From: Candidatus Poribacteria bacterium
GTDB lineage: Bacteria; Poribacteria; WGA-4E; WGA-3G
Direction of reading: 5' to 3'
Assembly (NCBI GenBank): GCA_022822085.1
Contig: JAJECK010000005.1
Span: forward strand, 6,048-70,047
DNA length: 64,000 nucleotides
Positions 48,866 through 58,984 of the stretch are shown here, piece after piece. Both the position numbers and the translations under genes were made by a program. Every line of letters begins with the position of its first letter. Position 1 is the stretch's first letter. Below the pieces are notes generated by a model. It worked only from the letters and a program-made list of their open reading frames with translations, made no database searches and was not told the origin of the DNA.

Positions 48866-51352
48866 TTATAGAATTTCAGTAACAAGTTCATCCAGTCTTG
48901 CCCCCCAAGTTTCAACTGAATGTACTTTTCCATATCGTGCATCAATCACCTTTCCAGCAGGATCAATGAGTATAAAAGCAGGAAGTGTAACTTTTCGGGT
49001 GTTATCACTCCAACCGAATCCGAACAACTCACCCACTGCAGCATGATCTCCATCATGATCCGCATAGATATAGTGTCCTTGATGGTTTTCTCTGCGTACG
49101 ATGTCACGCAATACCTCTTCATCTCTCCATCCACCAACGTTGAAACCTACAACCTCAAATCCATTTTTGTGATGTTTTGTGTATAGTTTGTCAATGTGTT
49201 CAAGTTCTGGTTCTTGGCGAATGTAACCAAAATGGAGAAGGGCAACTTTGCCTCGTAATGTAGCGTTGGAAACAGAATTTCCATCTACATCAACTGTAGT
49301 AAAATCTGGAAGCATGTTGCCTATACGTGTAGCTTCTGTCCACTTCACCAGTTGACTAAGCTGTTCGCTTCTTGTCCCAACAGAAAGAATCTTTCCATCT
49401 CTGTCAATGAACCACTGTGATGGAACACTTAATATTCCGAAAAACTGTGCAAGTTCAGCTTTCCATCTTTTTCCATCGTAAACTTGCAGCCACGGTATTT
49501 CATGTTCCTTAGTAAATTCGTGCAATTCTGCTTCATTCTCATCCAAACTGATCCCTATAACTTCCAGTCCTTTGTCATGATATTCTTCATAGACTTTTTT
49601 GAGATGGGGAATTTCTGGGGCACAGAAACCGCACCATTTCGCACACCAATTTAGCACCAACAATTTTCCGTTGAAATCAGAGACTGATATAGGTGTGCTA
49701 TCAACAGCAACAGCAGAAAAATCAGGAAGTTGTTTCCCTACCCATGCTTCCTGTTTCCATCTGTTTTCAGCATGTGGTTTCCATGGATGTTTTTGCGCTA
49801 ATTCGGTTTCACCTAACACTTCATAGACATCACCGAGTCCGCGTAAAGCGTACCAATCGTCCGGTTCATCTGAAAGCCGTTGTTGGAATGCATGGAGCAT
49901 GTGGTCTATCAAGGGTTTAACCCTATTAATCAGTTCAGCATTTGCATCAGGATTGTTCAACAAATTCCTATAAATATGACACGGTGTTTTGCCTACTTCT
50001 TTGTACAGTTTTGCCAACCATTGATACAATTCAGGATCATTATGCAACAGCGACCTTGCAAACAGTCGTTCAAGTGCAGTGACTGTGAGAATAAGCATCG
50101 GATCATAATATTCATCATATTTTCTAAGAGCAAAATAGCACGTTTCCGTATCTTTGGGTGCCAAATTCATCGCTTGTTCAAGTAAGATTAGGTCTCTGTC
50201 CGATTCTCCATATCTGACATTCTTACTTTCCCACACAATGATTGCTATTATCTTAGCCGCAGCCCCGTTATCAGGTTGGGTTTCAAGCATTTCTTCCGCA
50301 AATTCACGGAGTTCCAGATGCATCGCTTCAGGAAAATCAGGGACGTAATCTTGTAGATTTGCAGGCAAGGTTGTATTTCTGTCAATAACACCTGCTTCAA
50401 TCTTCGTTTTAAGGTATTCTAAAAGATGTTCTTGGTCATTCTGTGTGAGTCTTCTTGGCGGTGCATTCTTATGGTTTTCATTCGACTTTAGAAACGCCTC
50501 CCATATATCTGTACTATCGGAAGTTGAATCAACTAAATCTTGTTGTTCTTCTGAATGTTGTCCAAAATTTTTCCGAAATGCAGCATTTTCCATAGGAATC
50601 AAATCTCTACATTTCTTAATTAGTGTTTTATATCTTTCAACTTCTGGATTGTTTTCTTTAGAGATTGCTGAATCGTCAAGAAGTTCCTGGAACTGCCGAA
50701 GGTTATCTTTGAGTTGTCTATAAACTTTATAAGGGGTTACCCTATGCTGTCGATAGAATGAACGTGCTTCTTGATAACGTGCTGAATCTTCCTGTCGTTT
50801 TGCCCACGCGTAAAAGTTTTCAAGTACCCGAAGGACTTTTACTTCTTGCTCAATGTCATCCCCAAAAAAGTGATCCATTCTGTATTGGTCTATCACTACC
50901 AAATTCATACACGGATCATTCGGTATTGGTCCCCTTCTATCATCTATATGTGGGTCGTTTTCAGCATCCCAGTCTGAGATTTCCACAAGTGTGCGAAGTA
51001 AGGCTGCTACCCCATTTTTCGGATCAGATTTTAAATAAGTATCCGTTAACTCCCGTGTTTTGGGTAACATTTCTAATGGAAACCGCCAAAAGTAATTGTG
51101 AAGCCCCGGAGGAAGTGTAGTTTCACCATCTGTTATCCCTTCCTCAATTTTTTCTTTTAGATAAGCAAGGAATTTGTCCTGCATCTCTTCGTCCATCTCC
51201 AATTCACCTCTTCCATAAGAGAGCCCTTCATTATAGAGTGAATTGATAAAGGTATACCAGAAATCTGTGGAATTGTACATATTTTTCACCATTGCCTCCG
51301 ATGTATGTAATAACTTATTGATAGTATCGCGTATTTTAGGTTTAGTTGCCAA
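48866..51352 (-). CDS. Paralog of the upstream large thioredoxin-domain protein (same architecture, about 45-50% identity)
   Basis: STDFWYTFINSLYNEG...ELEMDEEMQDKFLAYLKEKIEEG. LPDFSAVAVDSTPISVSDFNGKLLVLNWCAKWCGFCAPEIPHL is the active CxxC. Second domain GKVALLHFGYIRQEP is degenerate. The start is uncertain: TTG at 51352, or ATG at 51292 or 51280. Confidence 0.65.
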   Translation of the reverse strand: MATKPKIRDTINKLLHTSEAMVKNMYNSTDFWYTFINSLYNEGLSYGRGELEMDEEMQDKFLAYLKEKIEEGITDGETTLPPGLHNYFWRFPLEMLPKTRELTDTYLKSDPKNGVAALLRTLVEISDWDAENDPHIDDRRGPIPNDPCMNLVVIDQYRMDHFFGDDIEQEVKVLRVLENFYAWAKRQEDSARYQEARSFYRQHRVTPYKVYRQLKDNLRQFQELLDDSAISKENNPEVERYKTLIKKCRDLIPMENAAFRKNFGQHSEEQQDLVDSTSDSTDIWEAFLKSNENHKNAPPRRLTQNDQEHLLEYLKTKIEAGVIDRNTTLPANLQDYVPDFPEAMHLELREFAEEMLETQPDNGAAAKIIAIIVWESKNVRYGESDRDLILLEQAMNLAPKDTETCYFALRKYDEYYDPMLILTVTALERLFARSLLHNDPELYQWLAKLYKEVGKTPCHIYRNLLNNPDANAELINRVKPLIDHMLHAFQQRLSDEPDDWYALRGLGDVYEVLGETELAQKHPWKPHAENRWKQEAWVGKQLPDFSAVAVDSTPISVSDFNGKLLVLNWCAKWCGFCAPEIPHLKKVYEEYHDKGLEVIGISLDENEAELHEFTKEHEIPWLQVYDGKRWKAELAQFFGILSVPSQWFIDRDGKILSVGTRSEQLSQLVKWTEATRIGNMLPDFTTVDVDGNSVSNATLRGKVALLHFGYIRQEPELEHIDKLYTKHHKNGFEVVGFNVGGWRDEEVLRDIVRRENHQGHYIYADHDGDHAAVGELFGFGWSDNTRKVTLPAFILIDPAGKVIDARYGKVHSVETWGARLDELVTEIL

Positions 51353-51452
51353 TTGATATACACAAATTAATTTGAAGTTCTACTATGTACAGCAATACGA
51401 ACCACATAGAACAAACGGAACTGGTGTTGATTTGAACTACACATCCTCTGAA

Positions 51453-51956
51453 TTACTTGAGAAATTGTTGCGAACTCATTTTCAGCTTAATCTCTTTTCC
51501 GTTATCGTCTAATATAACCTGCTTAGGTTTTATTTCTTTGACACTGACTTTGCCGAACGTTTCACCTACTTTAACAGTCCTCATTTGTTTTGATCTTCGT
51601 TCCAGGATAATTGCCTCAGAATAGGCATTATTAGGATCACTTGTCGTACCAATGAGCGTATATTCTGGTTCTTTTTTGGGCGGTCTCCATCCCAGTGGAC
51701 GAAAGATATTGTTGTCAACGATTACCTTGAAGTAATCATCAGGACTTTTACTGTCTGTATTTGTGCTTTTCTTTTGATGGGGTTTGACAACATCAATCTT
51801 TACAGGTTTTTCCTTGACAGGATATCCCACATCAGCGTTAAGTTTATTTGTGGTATGTCTATAAATAAACGCACTTATTGTGAATATGAACACAATGACG
51901 CAACCTGAGATGAAAACACTTTTTATGGACATGGCTTTTAAAACCTTCCTTATCAA
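51453..51956 (-). CDS. Membrane-anchored GspC/PilP-like protein (HR-domain-like C-terminus); orphan T2SS accessory candidate
   Basis: N-terminal TM helix. NIFRP motif. C-terminal EYTLIGTTSDPNNAYSEAIILERRSKQMRTVKVGETFGKVSVKEIKPKQVILDDNGKEIKLKM matches the GspC-HR/PilP beta-sandwich pattern (Y.L.G....AII....VGD.I..I....V.L..NG....L). Confidence 0.45.
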   Translation of the reverse strand: MIRKVLKAMSIKSVFISGCVIVFIFTISAFIYRHTTNKLNADVGYPVKEKPVKIDVVKPHQKKSTNTDSKSPDDYFKVIVDNNIFRPLGWRPPKKEPEYTLIGTTSDPNNAYSEAIILERRSKQMRTVKVGETFGKVSVKEIKPKQVILDDNGKEIKLKMSSQQFLK

Positions 51957-52152
51957 AGTTGTATATTAATGAGTTTAGCAATTTTGGGAACAACAGAACA
52001 GATATAATGATATGTATTCAGTTACTATAGAGTCTAATTGGAAGGTAAAAGGTTGCACAATTATTGAGATAATTCCGGTAACTGTTCAAATTTTACTTTA
52101 TTTTTCAATAAAGATGAAACCAAATTACCTTGTGGGGTAAATGTGGCTAATT

Positions 52153-53844
52153 TCAATCTTCGTCTGAAGTGTGTTCAACTTCCACCTTCTCCATTTGAGT
52201 GTATTCTCCACATTTCGCTATCACTTCTCTCGCCTCCAATACCTTCGTCACAACGGTTTTCACATCTTCTTCATCTACAAACGGAGATAGGATATACGAT
52301 TTTAAGGCGACAATCGGTTCTCCATAAGTCGTTTTACGATAGCAGTCTGTTGTAGAGATGAAAACGCCTCTACCTTCCATCGCCTCAGAATTTACATATT
52401 GAAAGATTTCCTTGTTGTAGTCATTATGGGAAAGTAGACTATCACGAAACCTATCATCCTCAAATTCTTGGCGTTTGATTTCAAAAGTATCCACACCGAC
52501 TGGATAAGCGCGGAAGAGAGTGACAGTTCCGAAATTTCCGCGGTTCACCACAGTAGTGCCTTCATGTCCTTCAAGATGTTCACGGAGCAGTTGTGTCATT
52601 TCGACGATATGTCCCATAATAGCCCGCAATCCTTCAATGCCAAATAATTTAAGATTTGCAAGTGCAGCAAGCGGTCCTGTGCCAGATCGGGAGGTCTCAA
52701 GCGTGAACATACCGGGACGATACTGTCCAAAGTGATAGAGAAAGGGCATTTGCTCAGGTGTGCGTTTCAGTAAATCAAGATCTGTCTGATCTTTTACAAG
52801 GACAAGGCTTGAGATATAAGGAACAAAACCCGTTTTATGAAAGTCAATGCCTACTGAATCGGCAAGGGAAAGGTGTTGAATCCGCCTGCAGGCACCTGCT
52901 AATGCACGAATAGTGCGTGGACGAAAACCTAACGGATTATCTTCAAAATCGTAGTTATTGAACACCGACCAGGCCCATCCGATCACAGCGTCAGCGTGGA
53001 TATGTGGTTGATAATCAAGTTCATATTCCGTCACAAGAGTTTCTCGCAGCGCGACAATACGCATTATATTGTCCAAACCAAATGCATCGGTCGTGCCTAA
53101 TGTTGCGATAATTGCCGCTACCCTTTTGCCATCGGTGAGGACTTGACGCAATTCCTGTTCAAGTATCTCCATATCAATCTCATTTTCATAAGTTGTTGGG
53201 ATAGTTATCAGATTATCAGTGCCAATACCGAGCCAACCCGTTATAGTTGAAGCACAGTAGTGTCCCGCATCCGAGACAAAAACAACCGCATCTTCAGGTG
53301 TACCCTTCTTGATTGTGCCCGGACATGCTTTTTCTAACCCGATCTTCACACCATAAAGTGTCGTTCCTGTTCCACCGAAGGTAAATACACCACCAGAATG
53401 TACAGAATCATATCCGATGAGTTTAGATGTCATTGCGATGACTTCAACTTCAGCCAATGCGATTAATCTACTGGACTCATCCCAACATAGGTTCGGATTG
53501 TATAGCGAGGCAAGGAGAACTCCAATGAGACTGGGAATTGTCGTTGGGCAAACTACGTTCTGTTGCGTGCGCGGATGTCCAAAGATAGTCATCCCTTCAA
53601 GATAACTGACAAGTTCCTTTGTTACCTCTTGAACTGAGGACATGGTATCTGGTAATGTTGTCTTTTTACCTTCCTCAAAATCCGCAACGATCATGTTCCC
53701 GAGAAACGGCAAATGTGTTTTGAGATCATCAACTTGATCTAAAGCACGCATCATGGAGTGTATAAAATATGAATCATGTATAGTGTCGGATATAGGTTGG
53801 GGAAATGCCAGTCTTATTTCTTCTAAAATGTCGCGATATGTCAT
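52153..53844 (-). CDS. Group II PLP-dependent decarboxylase (glutamate / aromatic amino-acid decarboxylase family)
   Basis: About 560 aa. SVGIDFHKTGFVPY gives the PLP-lysine HK motif. Gly-rich FTFGGTGTTLYG. Confidence 0.7.
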   Translation of the reverse strand: MTYRDILEEIRLAFPQPISDTIHDSYFIHSMMRALDQVDDLKTHLPFLGNMIVADFEEGKKTTLPDTMSSVQEVTKELVSYLEGMTIFGHPRTQQNVVCPTTIPSLIGVLLASLYNPNLCWDESSRLIALAEVEVIAMTSKLIGYDSVHSGGVFTFGGTGTTLYGVKIGLEKACPGTIKKGTPEDAVVFVSDAGHYCASTITGWLGIGTDNLITIPTTYENEIDMEILEQELRQVLTDGKRVAAIIATLGTTDAFGLDNIMRIVALRETLVTEYELDYQPHIHADAVIGWAWSVFNNYDFEDNPLGFRPRTIRALAGACRRIQHLSLADSVGIDFHKTGFVPYISSLVLVKDQTDLDLLKRTPEQMPFLYHFGQYRPGMFTLETSRSGTGPLAALANLKLFGIEGLRAIMGHIVEMTQLLREHLEGHEGTTVVNRGNFGTVTLFRAYPVGVDTFEIKRQEFEDDRFRDSLLSHNDYNKEIFQYVNSEAMEGRGVFISTTDCYRKTTYGEPIVALKSYILSPFVDEEDVKTVVTKVLEAREVIAKCGEYTQMEKVEVEHTSDED

Positions 53845-54156
53845 TTTTTATCCTTAAGTGGTGTGTATTTTGTTTTTTACAGAATAGTGAACTTAGGTAT
53901 TTTGTGTTGATGGGATAAATTGTGTGTGAATATGTATAGTTTTTGCGAATTTTTATACATATTGTAGATAATATGTATACTTTGTATACATATCTTGGAT
54001 TATGTTGTTTGTATCCCTCTGGTGATAACTTGTAAAGGGGATCGCTCAGACGAATCAGTCTTCATTATGACTGGCGGTTGTTTTTATTCCTATCCAATTC
54101 AAGGTAGGCATGTATGCGGTTTCCTCGTTATCCCTACATGGGTGGGAATCAGATGA

Positions 54157-54894
54157 CTATTGCTGAGATGTTTCATCTAAGGTTTTACCCTCAGTTGATG
54201 CTAACTTTTTCTTACGTTCCGATGGTGGGACATAATACGAAACTACTTTCATGCCGTTCCGTCTGCACTCTTCTTGAACCTGTCTCAAATGTGCTGAGAG
54301 TTCTTCCAAAGAATCAAATTTGGCGTTGAATTCTTCTTTTATACGATAGCATTCTTCAAGGATAGGATCCGTGTAATTTTCAAATTCTTTTTCTTTCATT
54401 TGAAATTCCCTCATTAATTCTGTTGGTGTGCAAATGGTTATAGGTGAAAAACCTGCATTTCTACAAACTTGGTTTATATGTTCTCGTTTGTATTCATTTA
54501 CAATATGTTTTTGGTTCCATGATACAAGATATTCAACACCGTGTGTTGTCGCAATGGCAATATGTTGTGCATCCGATCGAGAACTTTTTGGTACGGCTCC
54601 AGCATCTAACAGTTTCTGTGCTAACATAACAGCTTCAGGTAAAACTTCTAATACTGTTAGATGTGATAACACATTAAGTCGCCGCTGGACTACGTTTGCA
54701 TCACCTTGTCTTGCCTCAGTAAAAACTATAGGTGAAACGACATAAGTAAATTCATCCGTATAGTCTTCCCAAAGCTGCTGTGTTATCTGTTGCCAAGATG
54801 TTAACTTTACATTGCTGCTTGGCCGAGCTACCAAATAACTGATAACCGTCGTTTCAAGATAGACTCTTGGTTTGCTTTCTATATAGTATAGCAT
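54157..54894 (-). CDS. PIN-domain protein with an approximately 80-aa charged C-terminal extension
   Basis: VYLETTVISYL (the beta1 acidic position is Glu). SDAQHIAIATTHGVEYLVSWNQKH matches the PIN DxxHxA...T.D block. No adjacent antitoxin ORF. Confidence 0.45.
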   Translation of the reverse strand: MLYYIESKPRVYLETTVISYLVARPSSNVKLTSWQQITQQLWEDYTDEFTYVVSPIVFTEARQGDANVVQRRLNVLSHLTVLEVLPEAVMLAQKLLDAGAVPKSSRSDAQHIAIATTHGVEYLVSWNQKHIVNEYKREHINQVCRNAGFSPITICTPTELMREFQMKEKEFENYTDPILEECYRIKEEFNAKFDSLEELSAHLRQVQEECRRNGMKVVSYYVPPSERKKKLASTEGKTLDETSQQ

Positions 54895-55026
54895 GATATA
54901 CTGTTATTTTGAAGATAAAACACTATAGGTACAGGGTTATTCAGTTTTCAATATTTTGATAATATTATGCTATTACGTTAATGTTATATTTCGGGACATT
55001 GTCCGTGTCTTTAATCCCGTAGGGAC

Positions 55027-55297
55027 GATATGTTTATAGAAAAATATTGTCTAACCTCTTGAGTTCTGTCCGAACGACATATAATGATAAACATATCGTC
55101 CCTACGGGACTAAAGAGAGGCGGTGACAACTTTTTTCTATAAACATTCCGTCCCTACGGGACTAAAGAGGGTATATTATGACGTTTTCTATAAACATATC
55201 GTCCCTACGGGACTAAAGAACGGACAATCTAATGAGGAGTATTTACAAAACAAATCATTAATGTTGAATAATGTTTAACATATAGTTTTTTAACACA
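55027..55297. repeat. Cluster of four REP-like hairpin repeats (one inverted, three direct at 51-bp period) plus the conserved 70-bp tail, in the same family as 21681-21777
   Basis: Copies at 55027-55050 (inverted), 55097-55128, 55148-55180 and 55199-55231. Core cgtccctacgggactaaaga, with an 18-19-bp unique DNA stretch between the direct copies. The tail 55232-55297 is about 90% identical to 21711-21777. Confidence 0.8.
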
Positions 55298-55309
55298 ATT
55301 AATTACAGA

Positions 55310-56797
55310 TTATAGATAAGTTACCGATCTTTGAATCCGCTTCAAAACTTCATCTCTACCAAGCAGCACAACAATATCAAAGAGACTTGGACCAAACGAT
55401 AATCCTGTCAACGCAATCCGCATCGCCTGCATGGCTGCGACGCGTTTGATGTCGTTTTCATCCGTATATTTCCAAACAGCAGCTTCAACGGTTTCAAGGT
55501 CAAACGTTGAGATGTCTTCCAATATTTGTCCGAGATTAGTAAGAATTTCTCGGGTTTTCTGCTTCTTCTCGTCTGAACCACCCCACCATTTCTTTACTGC
55601 TTTAGGCTCATACTCAAAATCATCGGTAAAGAAATAACGGGTCTGCGGGAGGATGTTTTGTAAGGTTGTCAACCGTTCACCAACTGCTTCAACAATCTTT
55701 TCAAGCCAGTCGCGATTTGTGTCGGAATCTACCAAGCCTTCCTGTTCCCAGAAAGGCATCACTGCATCTGTGCGTGCAGAAACATCCAACTGATTGATAT
55801 AATGTGAGTTGAGCCATTCCAACTTCTTAATATCAAACACGCTACCACTTTTGCCAACCCGATCAAGGTCAAATTTCTCTATCAGTTCATCAACTGAGAA
55901 AATCTCTTGCTTATCGTCGTAAGACCAACCGAGTCTGGCAACAAAGTTCAGCATCGCTTCGGGGAGGTATCCTTGTTCACGGTAGCGGTTCACCGCGACA
56001 AGGTCGCCGTGATGTCTTTTGCTAAGTTTACTACCTGTATCGTCAAGTACAAGTGGAATGTGTGCAAATTGAGGAATGTTTAAACCGAGAGCATTGGCAA
56101 TTGCAATTTGCTTCGGTGTGTTATTGAGATGTTCTGTTCCACGGATAACGTGCGTTATCTGCATTTCTGCATCGTCTATAATAGAGGTGAGATTATAGTT
56201 CGGCATACCGTTAGAACGGACAATTACTTCATCTTCAAGTGTAGCGGGGTCAATGGTCCGTGTACCGAGAATAAGGTCATCAACACGGATAGGTGCATCA
56301 GGCATTTTGATGCGGACGGTCGGTTTTCTTCCATCTACGAGAAAACCTTCAATCTTTTCTTGTGTGAGTTCACGACACCGTCCGTCGTAAGAGCGAGTAG
56401 ATTTAGCAGCGCGTGCTGCTGTGCGTATTTCTTCTAACTCATCAGGGGTACAATAGCAACGGTATGCATTGCCACTCTCAAGTAGTTGCGTAATATATTT
56501 TTCATAAATACTCTTGCGTTCAGATTGAACATAAGGACCGTAGGGACCCCCTATATCACCGCCTTCGTCCCATTCCAATCCCAACCATTTCAGAGCGGAA
56601 TAAATCTCTTGCATAGATTCATCAGTGGAACGTGCAGTATCAGTATCATCAATCCGGAGTATAAATGTTCCTTCGTGGTGTTTAGCAAACAACCAATTAA
56701 ACAGTGCTGTCCTGGCACCTCCGATATGCAAGAAACCGGTGGGAGAAGGAGCCATACGGACTCTGACTTGGTTATACGGAATAGGTGTCTCGCTCAT
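55310..56797 (-). CDS. gltX: Glutamyl-tRNA synthetase
   Basis: HIGH motif [20 protein letters not shown] variant KLSKR. The start is taken at the internal Met, which gives a 4-nt overlap with the glnS stop. Confidence 0.9.
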   Translation of the reverse strand: MSETPIPYNQVRVRMAPSPTGFLHIGGARTALFNWLFAKHHEGTFILRIDDTDTARSTDESMQEIYSALKWLGLEWDEGGDIGGPYGPYVQSERKSIYEKYITQLLESGNAYRCYCTPDELEEIRTAARAAKSTRSYDGRCRELTQEKIEGFLVDGRKPTVRIKMPDAPIRVDDLILGTRTIDPATLEDEVIVRSNGMPNYNLTSIIDDAEMQITHVIRGTEHLNNTPKQIAIANALGLNIPQFAHIPLVLDDTGSKLSKRHHGDLVAVNRYREQGYLPEAMLNFVARLGWSYDDKQEIFSVDELIEKFDLDRVGKSGSVFDIKKLEWLNSHYINQLDVSARTDAVMPFWEQEGLVDSDTNRDWLEKIVEAVGERLTTLQNILPQTRYFFTDDFEYEPKAVKKWWGGSDEKKQKTREILTNLGQILEDISTFDLETVEAAVWKYTDENDIKRVAAMQAMRIALTGLSFGPSLFDIVVLLGRDEVLKRIQRSVTYL

Positions 56798-58527
56798 TTC
56801 TGTCCTTTCTGAATTTTTGCCCAACTATCCCGCAGTGCAACTGTCCGATTGAAGACCAATTTTTCGGGTGTTGTGTCTGGGTCAACACAAAAATATCCTA
56901 TTCGTAAGAACTGATATCGACTTTCAGGTGGTGCATCAACAAGACTCGGTTCGACTTTGCAATGATTTAGAATTTCTAAAGAGTCTGGATTGAGAAATTC
57001 AATCCAATCTGTACCATCCGATGTGTTTTCAGGTTCACGTTCTGTAAAAAGAGTGTCGTATAAACGCACCTCAGCATCAACAGCGTGTTCAGCAGAAACC
57101 CAGTGCAATGTGCCTTGCACCCGCCGTCCATCTTCCGCCCAACCGCCTCGCGTCTCTGGATCATAAGTGCAATGAATTGCAATAATTTCGCTAGTGTTTT
57201 CATCTTTAACAACGCGATTGCATGTGATGTAGTATGCGTGCTTGAGTCGCACTTCGCGCCCAGGAGCAAGTCTATAGAATTTCTTGGGAGGGTCCTCCAT
57301 AAAATCATCACGTTCAATATAGATTTCTTTTGAGAATGGAATTTCTCTTGAACCAGCATTTTCATCTTCAGGATTATTATCAGCATCAAGCATCTCTACC
57401 TGTTTCTCTGGGTAATTATCTATGATCACCTTGACAGGGTTTAGTACACCCATAACACGCGGAGCATTACGGTTCAGATCGTTGCGTATTGAATATTCAA
57501 GTTGACCAATTTCTATAAGATTATCAGCTTTCGACACACCGATTCGATTGCAGAAGTCTCGAATTGATTCGGGAGTATACCCCCGACGCCGCATTCCAGA
57601 AAGTGTCGGTAACCTTGGATCGTCCCATCCATTGACGGATCCACCTTCAACAAGCATTTTTAGTTTCCGTTTGCCGAGGACTGTATAGGTGAGATTTAGA
57701 CGTGCAAATTCGATCTGCCGAGGTGGGTAAATTTCCAACGCCTCCAAAAACCAGTCGTATAGAGGACGATGATCTTCAAATTGGACATCACATAGGGAAT
57801 GCGTTACCCCTTCAATGGAATCAGATTGTCCGTGCGTGAAATCATACGTAGGATAGATACACCAATTCGTTCCGTGTCTGTAGTGAGGTGCACGAAGCAC
57901 TCGATACATCACAGGGTCGCGCATATTTAGGTTCGGACTTGTCATGTCAATTTTGGCACGGAGTGTGCGTGAACCATCTGGGAATTCCCCATCACGCATG
58001 CCATGAAACAAGGTGCGATTTTCCTCAACTGAACGGTTTCGGTATGGACTATCTTTGCCCGGGGTGACTAACGTCCCCCGATAATCGCGCATTTCGTCTG
58101 GTGTAAGATCGCAGACATAAGCCATCTCTTTCTCAATCAGTTTGACAGCGTACTCATAGAGGGTTTCAAAATAGTCAGATGCGTAGAATTCACGATCTTC
58201 CCAATCAAATCCAAGCCAATTCACATCGCGTTTGATTGCTTCTACAAATTCATGTTCTTCCGTTATAGGATTGCTGTCGTCAAAACGAAGGTTATAAAGT
58301 CCATTATAATCTTCTGCAATCCCAAAACTTATGCAGATGGCTTTAGCATGTCCAATATGGAGGTATCCACTCGGTTCTGGGGGAAATCTGGTATGCACCC
58401 TGCCATCGAACCTATTGGAAGTTATATCTTCCTCTATTGCTTGTCGGATAAAATTTGTGTCAGAGGTGTTGTTATCGTTCTCTGATGGACTTTTAGTTCT
58501 TTTTGAGTTGTACACTGGATGATTCAT
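56794..58527 (-). CDS. glnS: Glutaminyl-tRNA synthetase
   Basis: [20 protein letters not shown] region. GlnRS-type anticodon-binding beta-barrel C-terminus. 577 aa. Confidence 0.85.
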   Translation of the reverse strand: MNHPVYNSKRTKSPSENDNNTSDTNFIRQAIEEDITSNRFDGRVHTRFPPEPSGYLHIGHAKAICISFGIAEDYNGLYNLRFDDSNPITEEHEFVEAIKRDVNWLGFDWEDREFYASDYFETLYEYAVKLIEKEMAYVCDLTPDEMRDYRGTLVTPGKDSPYRNRSVEENRTLFHGMRDGEFPDGSRTLRAKIDMTSPNLNMRDPVMYRVLRAPHYRHGTNWCIYPTYDFTHGQSDSIEGVTHSLCDVQFEDHRPLYDWFLEALEIYPPRQIEFARLNLTYTVLGKRKLKMLVEGGSVNGWDDPRLPTLSGMRRRGYTPESIRDFCNRIGVSKADNLIEIGQLEYSIRNDLNRNAPRVMGVLNPVKVIIDNYPEKQVEMLDADNNPEDENAGSREIPFSKEIYIERDDFMEDPPKKFYRLAPGREVRLKHAYYITCNRVVKDENTSEIIAIHCTYDPETRGGWAEDGRRVQGTLHWVSAEHAVDAEVRLYDTLFTEREPENTSDGTDWIEFLNPDSLEILNHCKVEPSLVDAPPESRYQFLRIGYFCVDPDTTPEKLVFNRTVALRDSWAKIQKGQK

Positions 58528-58705
58528 GAATAACTCCTAACCTTTATAAATTATACTTTCAATCTACTATATAGTCAAATATTTGAAGAGATACATGTGT
58601 AGGTTATTTTCTCCTCCCTCAAAAAATATGAAACTCTATATCTGTCTGTAGCGTTTAAGAGAAATAGGATGGGGAAAATCAAAATAATAATATAAGGGGG
58701 AAGCC

Positions 58706-58909
58706 ATGTATCAAGATAAAGGACAATCTGAAAAAGATCGGCAATTGGTAGACAATAGAAAACTTGGGTATTATGAATTGGCGTTGTATTTTGCTGCTGC
58801 AAAGGCGAAAGAGGAAGAATTCCATTGGGAGAACTTTATTGACAATCTATCATTTATCTGTGATAAATACGCCACTCAAATCAAGTCCGGCAATATTAAT
58901 AATGTTTAG
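58706..58909 (+). CDS. Small hypothetical protein (67 aa) with a strong SD
   Basis: AAGGGGGAAG lies 3 nt upstream of the ATG. No similarity recognisable. Confidence 0.35.
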   Translation: MYQDKGQSEKDRQLVDNRKLGYYELALYFAAAKAKEEEFHWENFIDNLSFICDKYATQIKSGNINNV

Positions 58910-58984
58910 GTGCAATTCAAGTAAAAGTTGTTATTGACATAAATCGCAATTTCTTTTATAGGGTAAGACTTCTTATAGTCTACC

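Noticed and set aside
46393-51352. Periplasmic TlpA/ResA-type thiol-disulfide oxidoreductases
   Set aside because: Both proteins lack any signal peptide or TM segment and carry a 490-aa helical N-region. They are therefore described as cytoplasmic thioredoxin-domain proteins of unknown function.
55027-55231. Possible CRISPR array (32-bp repeats at a regular 51-bp period)
   Set aside because: The unique stretches are only 18-19 bp. The first repeat copy is inverted. The same repeat and tail occur as a single copy at 21681, and no cas genes are present. It behaves like a REP/BIME-type palindromic element.
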